A stretch of 64,000 nt of DNA from Vulcanimicrobiales bacterium (GCA_038215615.1 JBBQQR010000002.1:1-64000); one strand, 5' to 3'; positions 1-13,430 are shown, numbered from the stretch's first letter. Notes: generated from the letters alone by a model not told the origin. Numbers and translations: made by a program.

Positions 1-86
1 CCTGTGCGCCTCCACGAAGGGACTACGCCGTTAGACTTTTGTCGACGGTGGAGTTCCAAACTAGACGACGACGGGACGGATACAGG

Positions 87-1457
87 ATGGCGCTTGCGGC
101 TGGAAACACCGATATTTCCAATGAACTGTGGCAAACCGCACTCACAGCGCTAGAACGAAAGTTCTCCAAACCGATCTACGAAATGTGGATCAAGCCGTTG
201 CGGCTGGTTTCCCTCAATGGGAACGAGCTGCTACTGGCGGTCCAGAACACGTTCGCTCGCGAGTGGGTCGAGAACCGGCTCAAGGTGCAGATCGTCGAAG
301 CGCTCTCCGAAACATTTGGAACGGTGTTCGATTTGCAGTTCGTTATCGTCGAGCCGCTCGGTGAAGCGACCGCGACCGAAGGCGCCCCTGCGCCCGCGAC
401 CGGCGCTGCCCGTTTCCAAACTGAGTTTCGGCCGGGCAATCTGAACTCGCGTTATAAGTTTGAAGAATTCGTCATCGGCAATTCCAACCGGTTCGCGCAC
501 GCCGCGGCGCAAGCGGTCGCAGCGGCGCCTGCTCGCGCGTACAATCCATTGTTTCTGTACGGCGGGGTCGGACTGGGCAAGACGCACCTCATGCACGCCA
601 TCGGACACCGCGTGCTGCAAGACATTCCCGATGCCAACGTCGTCTACGTCTCGAGCGAAAAATTCACCAACGAGTTCATCATCGCGGTGCAAAATAATAA
701 GACGCTTGAGTTTCGCAACAAGTATCGCTTGGTCGACGTCTTGCTGATCGACGACATCCAATTCTTGGAAGGCAAGGAAGGCACGCAAGAAGAGTTCTTC
801 CACACATTCAACGCGCTGCACGAATCGGGACGCCAACTCGTCATCTCGAGCGATCGTCCGCCCAAAGAGATTCAAACGCTGGAAAACCGTCTGCGCTCGC
901 GATTCGAATGGGGACTGCTCACCGACATTCAGCCGCCCGACTTGGAAACGCGCGAAGCGATTCTGCGCAAGAAGGCGGAGTCGGAAAAGATCCCCGTGCC
1001 CGACGAGGTGACGTCGTATATCGCGAAGGTCATTCCGTCGAACATCCGCGAGCTGGAGGGTGCGCTGATTCGCGTGGTCGCGTTCTCGTCGCTGACCAAG
1101 TCGTCCATCACGGTCGACCTGGCCGCCGAGGTCTTAAAGAACGCCGTGGCGCAGATGCCGCTGCGCCGCGTGACCATCGACACCATCAAAGACAAGATTG
1201 CCAAGGCGCACGGGCTGACCATCAAGGAAATGGATAATCACCGGCGCGACCAGCGGGTCGCCGGACCCCGTCAGATCGCGATGTTCGTCTGCACGGAACT
1301 GACGGATTGTTCGCTGCCCCACATCGCGCGTGAGTTCAACAAGAAGGACCATACAACGGTGATGTACGCGCGCGACAAGGTGAAAGACCAGATGCAGCGC
1401 GACGAAGCCTACCGCAACAAGATCCGCTCGCTCCTGGCGCTCTGCCAGACCGACTAG
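87..1457 (+). CDS. dnaA: Chromosomal replication initiator DnaA
   Basis: Motifs YNPLFLYGGVGLGKTHL (Walker A), LLIDDIQF, RLRSRFEWGL and DHTTV (domain IV). ATG at 87 preferred over the TTG at 39. Confidence 0.98.
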   Translation: MALAAGNTDISNELWQTALTALERKFSKPIYEMWIKPLRLVSLNGNELLLAVQNTFAREWVENRLKVQIVEALSETFGTVFDLQFVIVEPLGEATATEGAPAPATGAARFQTEFRPGNLNSRYKFEEFVIGNSNRFAHAAAQAVAAAPARAYNPLFLYGGVGLGKTHLMHAIGHRVLQDIPDANVVYVSSEKFTNEFIIAVQNNKTLEFRNKYRLVDVLLIDDIQFLEGKEGTQEEFFHTFNALHESGRQLVISSDRPPKEIQTLENRLRSRFEWGLLTDIQPPDLETREAILRKKAESEKIPVPDEVTSYIAKVIPSNIRELEGALIRVVAFSSLTKSSITVDLAAEVLKNAVAQMPLRRVTIDTIKDKIAKAHGLTIKEMDNHRRDQRVAGPRQIAMFVCTELTDCSLPHIAREFNKKDHTTVMYARDKVKDQMQRDEAYRNKIRSLLALCQTD

Positions 1458-1700
1458 CGTTCCTACATCTAATACACGACATGATGCACAGGGCGGCTTC
1501 GAACGCGTGGATAACTGCTCCGAGGCGGCCGGCGGTGTAAATGTGTAGGAACTCCCCAAGGTCTTGCACAGGTTATGCCGGGCACAAACCCGCATCGTAG
1601 CAAGCAAATCGGGGCTTCTTCGCAGAATGCACCGCCTTACTATTACTATTATTAGATCTTTTTATAATAAAGAGCCAACAACGACAACAATGAGTGTGGA
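1458..1700. promoter_or_regulatory. oriC: Replication origin oriC (dnaA-dnaN intergenic) with degenerate DnaA boxes, DnaA-trios and an AT-rich unwinding element
   Basis: Box-like 9-mers TGATGCACA (1482-1490), CGTGGATAA (1506-1514) and TCTTGCACA (1562-1570). GCC is followed by TTACTATTACTATTATTA (1637-1654) and an AT-rich tract to 1670. Confidence 0.85.
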
Positions 1701-2816
1701 ATGAAGTTCACCTGTAACACAAAAGATATCTCCGGCGCAGTCGGCGCCGCTAGCAAGGTCGTCAACGCGCATACGACCGTTCCAATCTTGTCCAACGTGC
1801 TGCTCAGCGCGGACGAAGGCAAGATCTCGGTGCGCGCGACCGATCTCGAAGTGACGCTCGAACATGCCTTCAAGGCCGAGGTCAGTGAATCGGGCAGCGT
1901 AACCGTTCCGGCAAAATTGTTCAGCAGCTATTTGGGCAATCTGCAGGCCGGGCTCATGGAACTGACCGGAACGCCGACCCGCGCCAGCGTGAAGTACGAA
2001 CGCAGCAGTTACGATTTCCACGCGCTGCCGGCCGAAGAGTATCCGCCGCTTCCCACCGCCCAAAAGGGCCAGAACTTCCGGATCTCCGCCAAGAGATTTC
2101 GCGACGGGGTGAACGCGGCGATCTTTGCCGCCTCGAGCGAGGAAGCGCGCGGCGCGGTCCTGATGGGCACATTACTCGAACTCGAAGGTGACTCGCTGAC
2201 GATGGTCGCGACCGACGGCTACCGTCTGGCAAAATACCAGACCACGCTCGAGAGCGGCGTCTCGGGGAGTGAAAAATATATCGTGCCGTCACGCGCGCTC
2301 ATCGAAGCGGCGCGGAATTTAGGCGGCGCGGAATTCGTCGACGTTACCGCGCTCGGCACGCAGAGCAACCAACTCATGTTTTCCGCGGGCGATGCGTCGA
2401 TCACCGTCCGTCTGGTGGACGGACAATATCCGAATTACGGCCAGGTCATCCCGGCGAAATTCGATCGCTCGATGACCGTCAGCACACCGAGTTTGATCGC
2501 GGCGCTTCGCCGAGCCGAGCTCGTAGCGGGCGATCGGGCGAGCATGGTAAAACTTGCGGTTGCGAATCAAACACTGATCGTTACGGCGAGTTCCGATGTG
2601 TCGGGCAACGCCTACGAAGAGCTCGAGGTTGAGCAGCAAGGCGAAGATCTCACCATCGCATTCAATGCGCGCTATCTGGTGGAGATTCTGAACCACATCG
2701 AGAGCGCCCAGACCGTCATGGAATTTCTTGGCCCGCTTTCGCCGGCGGCGATCAAACCGGTCGAGCCGACGGAGGGTGCGCAGCAACTGTACGTGTTGAT
2801 GCCGCTGCGGCAATAG
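1701..2816 (+). CDS. dnaN: DNA polymerase III beta sliding clamp
   Basis: Motifs PILSNVLL, ATDLE, ATDGYRL, YPNY, FNARYL and C-terminal LMPLR; position after dnaA. Confidence 0.98.
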   Translation: MKFTCNTKDISGAVGAASKVVNAHTTVPILSNVLLSADEGKISVRATDLEVTLEHAFKAEVSESGSVTVPAKLFSSYLGNLQAGLMELTGTPTRASVKYERSSYDFHALPAEEYPPLPTAQKGQNFRISAKRFRDGVNAAIFAASSEEARGAVLMGTLLELEGDSLTMVATDGYRLAKYQTTLESGVSGSEKYIVPSRALIEAARNLGGAEFVDVTALGTQSNQLMFSAGDASITVRLVDGQYPNYGQVIPAKFDRSMTVSTPSLIAALRRAELVAGDRASMVKLAVANQTLIVTASSDVSGNAYEELEVEQQGEDLTIAFNARYLVEILNHIESAQTVMEFLGPLSPAAIKPVEPTEGAQQLYVLMPLRQ

Positions 2817-2821
2817 CCGGC

Positions 2822-4255
2822 ATGATGCGCCATTGTCTTGCGCTTGCAACGGCCTTGGCTGTAACGGCACTTGCGGGTTGCAACGGCGGCGGCACGAGCA
2901 TCCCGGCGCCCGTCATCCCGACAACCGTGCCGGGGCCGGCCATCCAACACGTGGTGGTTGTCATGCAAGAGAACCGCACGTTCGACGGCGTTTTCCAAGG
3001 CTATCCCGGTGCGAATACACAGAGCTTCGGATTCGATTCGCACGGCGTTAAACAAACGCTGCAGCCGATAAGTTTGGCCTATCCGACCGACATCAACCAC
3101 CTGCGCATTCAGTTCTTGGCTAACTATGACGGCGGCAAGATGGACGCGTTCGACAAAGAGATTTTTAGTTTCAAGTCCTGCGCGTCGGGCGATCTGCTCA
3201 ACGATCCGTCCTGCTGGGTGTACGGAACGCATTTCCCGCCGGGATCGGCGACTCCGTTAGCCTACGCGTATGTGCCGCGAACGGAAGTCCAGCCGTTGTG
3301 GGATATGGCCGCGCAGTATGCGATCGGCGATGATTTTTTTCCGTCGAACAACGGGCCGAGTTACGTCTCGCATCAATACATGATCGCCGGTGAATCCGGC
3401 CACGTGGCTGAAATCCCCAGCGATTTCAATCAAACGTGGGGATGTGATGCGCCCGCGCCGACGACAACCGCGGTCTTGCAGCTGGTGAATCCGCCGCCGG
3501 CGTATTATCCTTTCCCGACGCAGTTTGGCCAGGAGCTGCCCGGTCCGTTCCCGTGTTTTTCTTACAGCACGATTGCGACGCAGCTCGACAACAAGGGCAT
3601 ATCGTGGGGATTCTACTCGCCCACGATCGGCTTGAATCTCGGCGACATCTGGTCCGCGTTCGACGTCATCTATCCCGTGCGGTTCGGTGCGGATTGGGTG
3701 CGCAACGTCAAATCGCCGGAGAGCTCGTTCTTCACCGATATCGCGAACGGCAATCTGCCGCAAGTCTCGTGGGTGATGCCGTCGTTCTTGAACTCCGATC
3801 ACGCGGGCTCGCTGAGTACCACCGGTCCACAGTGGGTTGCAAATATCGTCAATGCCGTCGGCAAGAGTAAGTACTGGAATAATACGGCGATCATCATCAT
3901 GTACGACGATTGGGGCGGCTGGTACGATCACGTTGTGCCGCCTCAAATCGCCGACCCGCGCACCGGCGCCTTCGAAGGCCTCGGGATTCGCACTCCGCTG
4001 ATCGTTGTCTCGCCGTACTCGAAGCACAACTACGTCTCGCACGCGCAGCACGAAGTCGCCAGCAGCCTTCACTTCATCGAAAAAATCTTTGGACTGACGT
4101 CGATTGCGTCGTATACGGCAGACGCGCGTGCCGACTCGCTCGACGACATGTTCGACTTCACGCAATCACCGTCGGTCTTCAAGCCGATCCCGACGACGCT
4201 GACGGTGACCAGCATCATGCAGCAGAAGCCCGCGACGAAACCCGCCGACTATTAG
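2822..4255 (+). CDS. Phosphoesterase (phospholipase C/acid phosphatase AcpA family) lipoprotein
   Basis: Lipobox LAGC; motifs IQHVVVVMQENRTFD, YDDWGGWYDHV and GIRTPLIVVSPY. Confidence 0.88.
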   Translation: MMRHCLALATALAVTALAGCNGGGTSIPAPVIPTTVPGPAIQHVVVVMQENRTFDGVFQGYPGANTQSFGFDSHGVKQTLQPISLAYPTDINHLRIQFLANYDGGKMDAFDKEIFSFKSCASGDLLNDPSCWVYGTHFPPGSATPLAYAYVPRTEVQPLWDMAAQYAIGDDFFPSNNGPSYVSHQYMIAGESGHVAEIPSDFNQTWGCDAPAPTTTAVLQLVNPPPAYYPFPTQFGQELPGPFPCFSYSTIATQLDNKGISWGFYSPTIGLNLGDIWSAFDVIYPVRFGADWVRNVKSPESSFFTDIANGNLPQVSWVMPSFLNSDHAGSLSTTGPQWVANIVNAVGKSKYWNNTAIIIMYDDWGGWYDHVVPPQIADPRTGAFEGLGIRTPLIVVSPYSKHNYVSHAQHEVASSLHFIEKIFGLTSIASYTADARADSLDDMFDFTQSPSVFKPIPTTLTVTSIMQQKPATKPADY

Positions 4256-5356
4256 GCTGGATTCGCTCACGCTCTCGAACGTGCGCAACTATGCGCACCT
4301 CGAGCTGCAGCCGGCGCCCGGACTGAACGTCTTCGTCGGAGCGAACGCGCAAGGCAAGAGCAACTTGCTCGAGGCGATCTCGCTGCTTGGAACCGGCAAA
4401 TCTTTCCGCACCAGCCGCGAGCGCGATCTCATTCGCGACGGCTTCGAGCTGGCAACGATTTCGGGGGAAGCGCACGTGCGGGCCGGCACGATCCGGCTCG
4501 GGTGCACGCTCACCGCTACACCGCGGGGCTCGCGCAAACTCTACACCGTGAACGCCCGCAGCGTGCGGTACGCAACCTTCCTCGGAAGTTTGCGCGTGGT
4601 GAGCTTCGTGCCGGCCGATCTGCATCTGGTCGACGGACCGCCGTCGATGCGGCGCTCGTTCCTCAACAGCGCGCTCGCCCAGGAACAAAAAGCGTACTAT
4701 CGCGATTTGGCGCGTTATCAGAAAGCGGTGACGCAGAAGACCGCCCTGTTGCGCTCCGAGGGTCCGGCTGACCCGGAGCTGCTGAAGATCTACGACGAGA
4801 CGCTGGTGACGGCCGGCACCGCGCTGATGCTCGCGCGCAATCACTTCGTGCGCGCGCTTGGAACAGCCGCGTCAAAAGTGCACGCGCGCTGGAGTAACGG
4901 CCGCGAGCGCTTGGAATTGACCTATCGTCCGAACGTGGCTTTCGAAGTCGAAACGCAAGACTCGATCGCAGGCAGCTTTCAGGAACGTTTGCGCGCCGGC
5001 GCGGAACAAGAGCGGTTGCGCCGGGTTGCGCTGGTCGGCCCGCACCGCGACGATCTCGCGCTCGATTTGGACGGCCGCTCGCTCGCGGCGTTCGGCTCGC
5101 AAGGCCAGCAGCGGACGGCGGTACTTGCCGTCAAGGTTGGCGAATATGCCGTCATGCACGAACGCTCGAGCGAAGCCCCGCTCTTACTGCTCGACGACGT
5201 TCTTTCCGAACTCGATCCGCAGCGCGCCCGCGCATTTTTAGACGGCGTCGGCGAATTCGAACAGGCGTTCATAACGGCCACGCAGCTTCCCGGCGCGCTC
5301 TCAGGCGGTTCGGTCTACGAAATCCGCGACGCCCGCGTGGAATCGGGCGCGAACTG

Positions 5357-5357
<1 letters not shown>
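4251..5357 (+). CDS. recF: DNA replication/repair protein RecF (probable ATT start at 4251; first canonical start is GTG 4281)
   Basis: Motifs GANAQGKSNLLEAI, GPHRDDL, SQGQQR and LLLDDVLSELD. The in-frame extension RLDSLTLSNVRNY matches the RecF N-terminus. Confidence 0.95.
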
Positions 5358-8070
<2,713 letters not shown>

Positions 8071-8071
<1 letters not shown>

Positions 8072-8107
8072 CCCTTCGACCCGCCCTTCGACGAGACTTA
8101 GGGTGAC
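8071..8107 (+). repeat. Short palindromic REP-like element (with a partial duplicate)
   Basis: GCCCTTCGAC followed by CCGCCCTTCGACGAGACTTAGGGTGAC; 20/27 identical to the reverse complement of 54514-54540. Confidence 0.65.
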
Positions 8108-8165
8108 GAGCGTGACTGCGGGGCTTCCGCCGACGTTAGGGGTATAACTGGCCGCGGAGGGACCT

Positions 8166-11100
8166 TTGCGCAAAGGGATCTGGACTGCAGCCGCGGCGCT
8201 GGTGCTCGCGGCGATTGCGGTAGTCGTCATTTTCCACAACAGCGTGACGCGCGTCACGGTGAGCGCCCTTTCGGGCGTCGCCACCGGCTATTCGATCCAG
8301 ATGAAGGACCTGCGCTACGGCAGCGGACATGCTGCGTTTGTCGGCGTGCATATTTCGCGTCACGGGCAGCCGGTGCTCGACGCCGACCGCATCGATGTTT
8401 TTTACAGCTTGCGCGATCTGCTGCCCGGCAGCAAGCACCGCTTCGGTCTGCTTGCCGTAACGATCGACCGTCCGTACATTACGCTGATCCACAATCAGAA
8501 CGGTACCTACAACGTCGCGCTGCCTCCGAGCGCGGCGGCCGGGCCGGCTCACCGCCAGCACGCCAACGCGGTTCCTATGCAGATGACCCTGCGCATTCGC
8601 GACGGCCGCGCATCGCTGATCGATCAATACCGCTATTATAAGGAAAGCAGGCTGCAGCGCGTCGACCACATCAACGTCGACCTGAGCCTCAATACCGTTA
8701 AAGTTACGCATTATGTGGCGACCGGCGATCTCGAAGACGCGGGCACGCAGCCCTTCCGCGCGGTCGGAACGATCGATTACATCAAAGGCTACGCCATCCA
8801 CCACGTCCACGTGCGTGCGATTCCCATTCAAACGATCGGCAACTACTTCATCGATTCGCCGGCCGCGCGTTTATTGGGAGGCGTCGTGCGCGGCATGGAC
8901 GTGCGTATGTACGCCTTCGACGTCAAGCCGAATGAAACGACCGCGTACCATATCATCGGCGCCGGATACATGGCGAAGGGATCGATGGAAGTGCGCGGGC
9001 TCGACTCGCCCATCCACAATCTCGACGGCCCGATCAACATTTTCGACGGCGGGTTCGCCGCACAACACTTGACCGCGACCGTCGGCCACATTCCGATCAT
9101 AATCGCCGGCGGCATCTTCGATTTTCGCCGCCCACAATTCCGGTTAGGGTTCGAAGGACGCGGTGACTTGCGGTACCTCAAAGAGATCGCGAGCTTCGCA
9201 AAAGGCCTGCCGGTGTACGGCGGCCTGCAGATTCACGCGCTCGTTGAAGGGAATATCGACAACCCGCTACTTTGGATCGGCTTTAACGGAAAACGCTTCA
9301 ACTATCAGTCCGTTCCAATCGAAAACCCGCGCGGCATGGTGGCTTTATACGGAAGCGATTTGGTCATCTTGCCGTTCCACGGCGAGTACAGCGGCATGAG
9401 CTTGCACGTCCAGGGCACGATGCTGCTTGGGAATCACGTCACGTCGAATTTAATCCTCCACGCGTTCGGCCCGTCGAACAGACTGCCTTACATCGGTGCG
9501 CTCGTAGCCGATCAAACGATCAACACTGAAGCGATGCTCAGCGGAACCGACCTCAAGATCAACGGCCGCGGGTATCTCGTCTCGTTAAGTCATCCCGACG
9601 ACGTCAATGGATTTTACAACATCGATGAAAACGGGACGGGGACGTTCGGTCCGTTCTCGGTGCGAACTGCAGCGGGCGGGACGCTCGTCGCCGCGTTCGC
9701 CTTGGACCGCCCGCACGGAAACAGCGCCTTCTGGGCTTCGGTCGATAACGTGCGGCTGCTGCAGCCCTCGCCGGTAACGCTGCCCGGCGTTGCGATTCCG
9801 GAACTGCCGCCGATAGACGCGCACATCGTACGAGCGAATCTCGCCGGAACGGGATCGGCCGCGAACACGGTCATCGGCGGATCGCTCGATATGGCGCCTG
9901 CGCTTATCGCCGGCGTACCATTTAACACGATTCACGCGCAATTTGCCGGCCCGTTCGCAGCGGCGGAACTGAGCGACGTGCGCGCATCCGGCCCGTGGGG
10001 GACTTTTGCGGGCCGCGGATCGTTCGCGCCATCGGCTATTATCGCGCGCGGCAATTACTCCGGCACGCTGCAGGGCCTACGGCAATTCATCGGCGGCTTC
10101 CCGGCGCAAGGATCGATCGACGGCCCGATCGGCATCGCGGTCGCGCAAGGCAAGATCTACGTGCAGGCGGAGAACGCGCAGTTGCGCGGTGCGACGATCC
10201 GCGGCGTTCCCGTGCAAAGCATTTCCGGCACGATGGCTTACGACCAGGGCGTATTGACGATCTATTCGGCGCAAGCGCGCGCCGCCGGAGGCGATATCGT
10301 CGCGGCGGGTTCGTTCAATACAACGTCGTCGTCCGCGCCGTCGCGGATGGCGATCGCCACGACGCAGCTCGACGCCGGCATGCTCAAAAGTTTCGGCGTA
10401 CCGGTGAACGGCGGATCGCTGGTTGCGTTCGGCGCGATCATGCCGGGTGCGGGTATTCCGGGCATCGACGCCGGCGTGGTGCTGCAAAACAGTACGGCGG
10501 CGGGTTACGGTCCTTTTTCGGCTAGCGCGGAGATCGGCATCGCAAACGATACGCTGCACGTCCGCAACGGACTGGCCGGACTTGGTACGACGTTCGCCGA
10601 CGTGAACGGCGCCATCGGCGGCTTGAGCTCGGGCGCGCCGCAGTACGATCTGCGCGCGCAAGTTCCGGTCGGGAATATTTCCGAAGTCGCGCGCATCGCG
10701 CACGTGCCGACCTACCGCGCCGATGGCAGTTTTGTCGCCGACGTGAACGTTTCGGGCACCGGCAGCAATCCGTCGATCACGGGTGCGGTCGGAGTGCCGG
10801 TCGGCGAGATAAACGGCTTGGGATTTTCCGACGCCGCCGGACAGATTTCCGCGGGCCGCAGCGGCGTAGCCGTGCGCAATGGCACGGTGCAAGTCGTGAC
10901 GACGAAGGCCGCGTTCTCTGCAACCGTTGCGAAAGGCGAGACGGCGTTTTCGCTGCAATCGCGCAAAGCCGATCTCTCCGATTTCAACGACTACTTTGAC
11001 ACGGGCGATACGCTCGCCGGCCACGGCAACTTGAATTTGGCTTTCGCGCAGTATGACGGTTTGGTCTTCACCTCCGGCGATATCGGCGTAGCAGGTTTGC

Positions 11101-13421
11101 GGTATAGGCGTTTTCCGATTGGCGACACGTACGCGCGCTGGACGAGCTTGCGCGATATCCTGCAACTCAACGTTGCTGTCGGCGGCAGTCACGGGCGCCT
11201 GCGAGCTGCCGGCACGATTGCGTTCGCGCACACCTCCGACGTCAGTTCGCTGATTACACGGTCGCGTTACCATATCTCGGGCACGCTGAGCGACATCGAT
11301 CTCGGCACGTGGCTGCCGGCCTTCGGGTTCCCGCAAGCGCCGATTACCGGACGCGTCAACGGCAGAGTCGCGGTGAGCGGGGCATATCCACACTTAGGCG
11401 TGACGGGAGACGCCTCGATCTTGCAGGGCACGCTCGGACCGCTTCCGATCGAACGAGGCGAGGTCGCGGTGCGGTCGTCAGGCGACCGTATCGACGTGAC
11501 GCGCCTGACGCTCGCGCTGCCGGCGCTCGATGCGAGCGGATCGGGCAGTTTCGGCTTCGCGCCCAAGTCGCCGATTGATCTGACCGTGCACGCGGTGACC
11601 AACGATCTGCCCAGGCTCGTCGCGCAAGCGACCAAGAAACATATCGACGTCACGGGACGTCTCGAAACCACGCTGCACCTCAACGGGACGTTCGACAGTC
11701 CTTCGATATCGGCGGCGGTCGCCGGCACCGGCGTCAACGCTTACGGCATCGTCATGCCGTCGCTGGTCGGACAGGTCGCGCTGCGCGGCAACGACTTGGT
11801 TGTTCGCAACGCGGAGTTCAGCTTTGTGAAGGGCAGCGCGGCGATCGCGGGCTCGCTGCCGATCGAGTTGTCGCCGTTTACGTTCGGCCCGCCCTCCGCG
11901 GCTGTTTCGATGGACTTTCTTGCCAACCACGTCGACCTTTCATCGTTCAGTGCGTTTCTCGGAAACGATACGAAGCTCGGCGGGACGTTAACCGGGCACA
12001 TGGGCGTCTCGGGAACTGTCGGCGATCCACGGATATTAGGACAGCTGGCCGTGGCCGGCGGATCGTACCGCAGCGCGATCGAGACGACGCCGGTTACGAA
12101 CACCGTCGCGCAGATGACGTTCCTAGGAACGCACGCGACGCTCGACCGGCTGCAAGCCAATCCCGGAAGCGGCACGCTTACCGGTTCGGGCAAACTGGAT
12201 TTCGGCGGCGGGCTTCACGGCGGACCGCTCGGCTATTCGATCGCCGTGAAAACGACGCGCGCGCAAGTGAATCTGCCGCAGTACGGCACCTACACGCTGA
12301 CGTCGACGGCAACGCTGGCGCGCGTGCCGGGACGACTGGCGACGGTGACCGGCACCGCGAACATCACCGACTCCACGGTGCCGTTCGCCGCGTTCCTAAA
12401 GTTCGGGGGTGGATCGAGTACGTTGGGAGCGGCGGATATCGCGCAAGGGCCGCCGTTCAACCTCGGTTTCAACCTGGCAATCACCGCGGGCAAAAATGTG
12501 CGGGTGCGCGGCGGGGGCGCCGGTATCTTCGGGCTGGATATCGCGGGCCAAGGATCCGTTTTGCTGGCGGGAACGCTTTTGCAGCCGACGCTTTCAGGCG
12601 AGTTCAATTCAGCGGGCGGCACGCTCACGTATATCGATCACGCATTTAAAGTCCGCACGGGAACGGTTACGTTCAATCCGGCCAACGGCGTGATTCCCGA
12701 CATCTATGCGATCGGCACGACTCACGTGACCAATACCGATCCCAACACTCAGCGCAATCCCACCGGCTCCGCTGACATCACCGTGACCGTCAACGGTCCG
12801 GTGACGAGCCCGCACATCGCGTTCCAGTCCGATCCGGCCGGCTATAACGAGCAGCAGATCATCGCGCTGCTCCTGCCCTTCGGCAACCTGATCGGACCGA
12901 TCCAGTTTAGCGAAACCGGCGTGCCGGTGCCGCCCGGCCAACTGGCCGGTGCGCCGCCGCCCGGCGCCCCGACCGGCTTGCTGCCGCCCAACCTGTACGT
13001 TCGTCGAGAGAACGGCGTGCTCACGATCGGACAGGAAGCCTTCAATATCTTCAACGCCCAATTCGTGAGCGGTCTGCTGGCGCCAATCGAAGACGCGCTC
13101 GGCACGAACCTGGGGCTGACCGACGTCAATCTTACGTTGGATTACACGGGCAATTTCGGCGTCAATTTCCGTCGGCTGCTGGCCAAAAATTTCTACGCGC
13201 TCTATGGCACGACGCTCGGCGTCCCCATCCGGCAGTCGTTCGGCTTCGTCTACCAGCCCAACACGTTCACATCGGCCCAGTTCACCATGTTCATGCAGCA
13301 GGGGCCGACGCCGCTCTTTCAGGCAGGCACCCCTGTCCTCCAGACCAACCAGCGCGCGGCTACCGGGCAAGCGCTGCAGGGGACCAACGGCTTCACGTTC
13401 CTTTATCAGAGGCTGTTTTAG
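8166..13421 (+). CDS. tamB: TamB/AsmA-like translocation and assembly module protein (1751 aa)
   Basis: N-terminal TM anchor, long Gly-rich repetitive beta-strand body, DUF490-like C-terminus (AFQSDPAGYNEQQIIALL); directly upstream of bamA; SD GGAGGG. Confidence 0.85.
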   Translation: MRKGIWTAAAALVLAAIAVVVIFHNSVTRVTVSALSGVATGYSIQMKDLRYGSGHAAFVGVHISRHGQPVLDADRIDVFYSLRDLLPGSKHRFGLLAVTIDRPYITLIHNQNGTYNVALPPSAAAGPAHRQHANAVPMQMTLRIRDGRASLIDQYRYYKESRLQRVDHINVDLSLNTVKVTHYVATGDLEDAGTQPFRAVGTIDYIKGYAIHHVHVRAIPIQTIGNYFIDSPAARLLGGVVRGMDVRMYAFDVKPNETTAYHIIGAGYMAKGSMEVRGLDSPIHNLDGPINIFDGGFAAQHLTATVGHIPIIIAGGIFDFRRPQFRLGFEGRGDLRYLKEIASFAKGLPVYGGLQIHALVEGNIDNPLLWIGFNGKRFNYQSVPIENPRGMVALYGSDLVILPFHGEYSGMSLHVQGTMLLGNHVTSNLILHAFGPSNRLPYIGALVADQTINTEAMLSGTDLKINGRGYLVSLSHPDDVNGFYNIDENGTGTFGPFSVRTAAGGTLVAAFALDRPHGNSAFWASVDNVRLLQPSPVTLPGVAIPELPPIDAHIVRANLAGTGSAANTVIGGSLDMAPALIAGVPFNTIHAQFAGPFAAAELSDVRASGPWGTFAGRGSFAPSAIIARGNYSGTLQGLRQFIGGFPAQGSIDGPIGIAVAQGKIYVQAENAQLRGATIRGVPVQSISGTMAYDQGVLTIYSAQARAAGGDIVAAGSFNTTSSSAPSRMAIATTQLDAGMLKSFGVPVNGGSLVAFGAIMPGAGIPGIDAGVVLQNSTAAGYGPFSASAEIGIANDTLHVRNGLAGLGTTFADVNGAIGGLSSGAPQYDLRAQVPVGNISEVARIAHVPTYRADGSFVADVNVSGTGSNPSITGAVGVPVGEINGLGFSDAAGQISAGRSGVAVRNGTVQVVTTKAAFSATVAKGETAFSLQSRKADLSDFNDYFDTGDTLAGHGNLNLAFAQYDGLVFTSGDIGVAGLRYRRFPIGDTYARWTSLRDILQLNVAVGGSHGRLRAAGTIAFAHTSDVSSLITRSRYHISGTLSDIDLGTWLPAFGFPQAPITGRVNGRVAVSGAYPHLGVTGDASILQGTLGPLPIERGEVAVRSSGDRIDVTRLTLALPALDASGSGSFGFAPKSPIDLTVHAVTNDLPRLVAQATKKHIDVTGRLETTLHLNGTFDSPSISAAVAGTGVNAYGIVMPSLVGQVALRGNDLVVRNAEFSFVKGSAAIAGSLPIELSPFTFGPPSAAVSMDFLANHVDLSSFSAFLGNDTKLGGTLTGHMGVSGTVGDPRILGQLAVAGGSYRSAIETTPVTNTVAQMTFLGTHATLDRLQANPGSGTLTGSGKLDFGGGLHGGPLGYSIAVKTTRAQVNLPQYGTYTLTSTATLARVPGRLATVTGTANITDSTVPFAAFLKFGGGSSTLGAADIAQGPPFNLGFNLAITAGKNVRVRGGGAGIFGLDIAGQGSVLLAGTLLQPTLSGEFNSAGGTLTYIDHAFKVRTGTVTFNPANGVIPDIYAIGTTHVTNTDPNTQRNPTGSADITVTVNGPVTSPHIAFQSDPAGYNEQQIIALLLPFGNLIGPIQFSETGVPVPPGQLAGAPPPGAPTGLLPPNLYVRRENGVLTIGQEAFNIFNAQFVSGLLAPIEDALGTNLGLTDVNLTLDYTGNFGVNFRRLLAKNFYALYGTTLGVPIRQSFGFVYQPNTFTSAQFTMFMQQGPTPLFQAGTPVLQTNQRAATGQALQGTNGFTFLYQRLF

Positions 13422-13430
13422 CCGTGCCCG

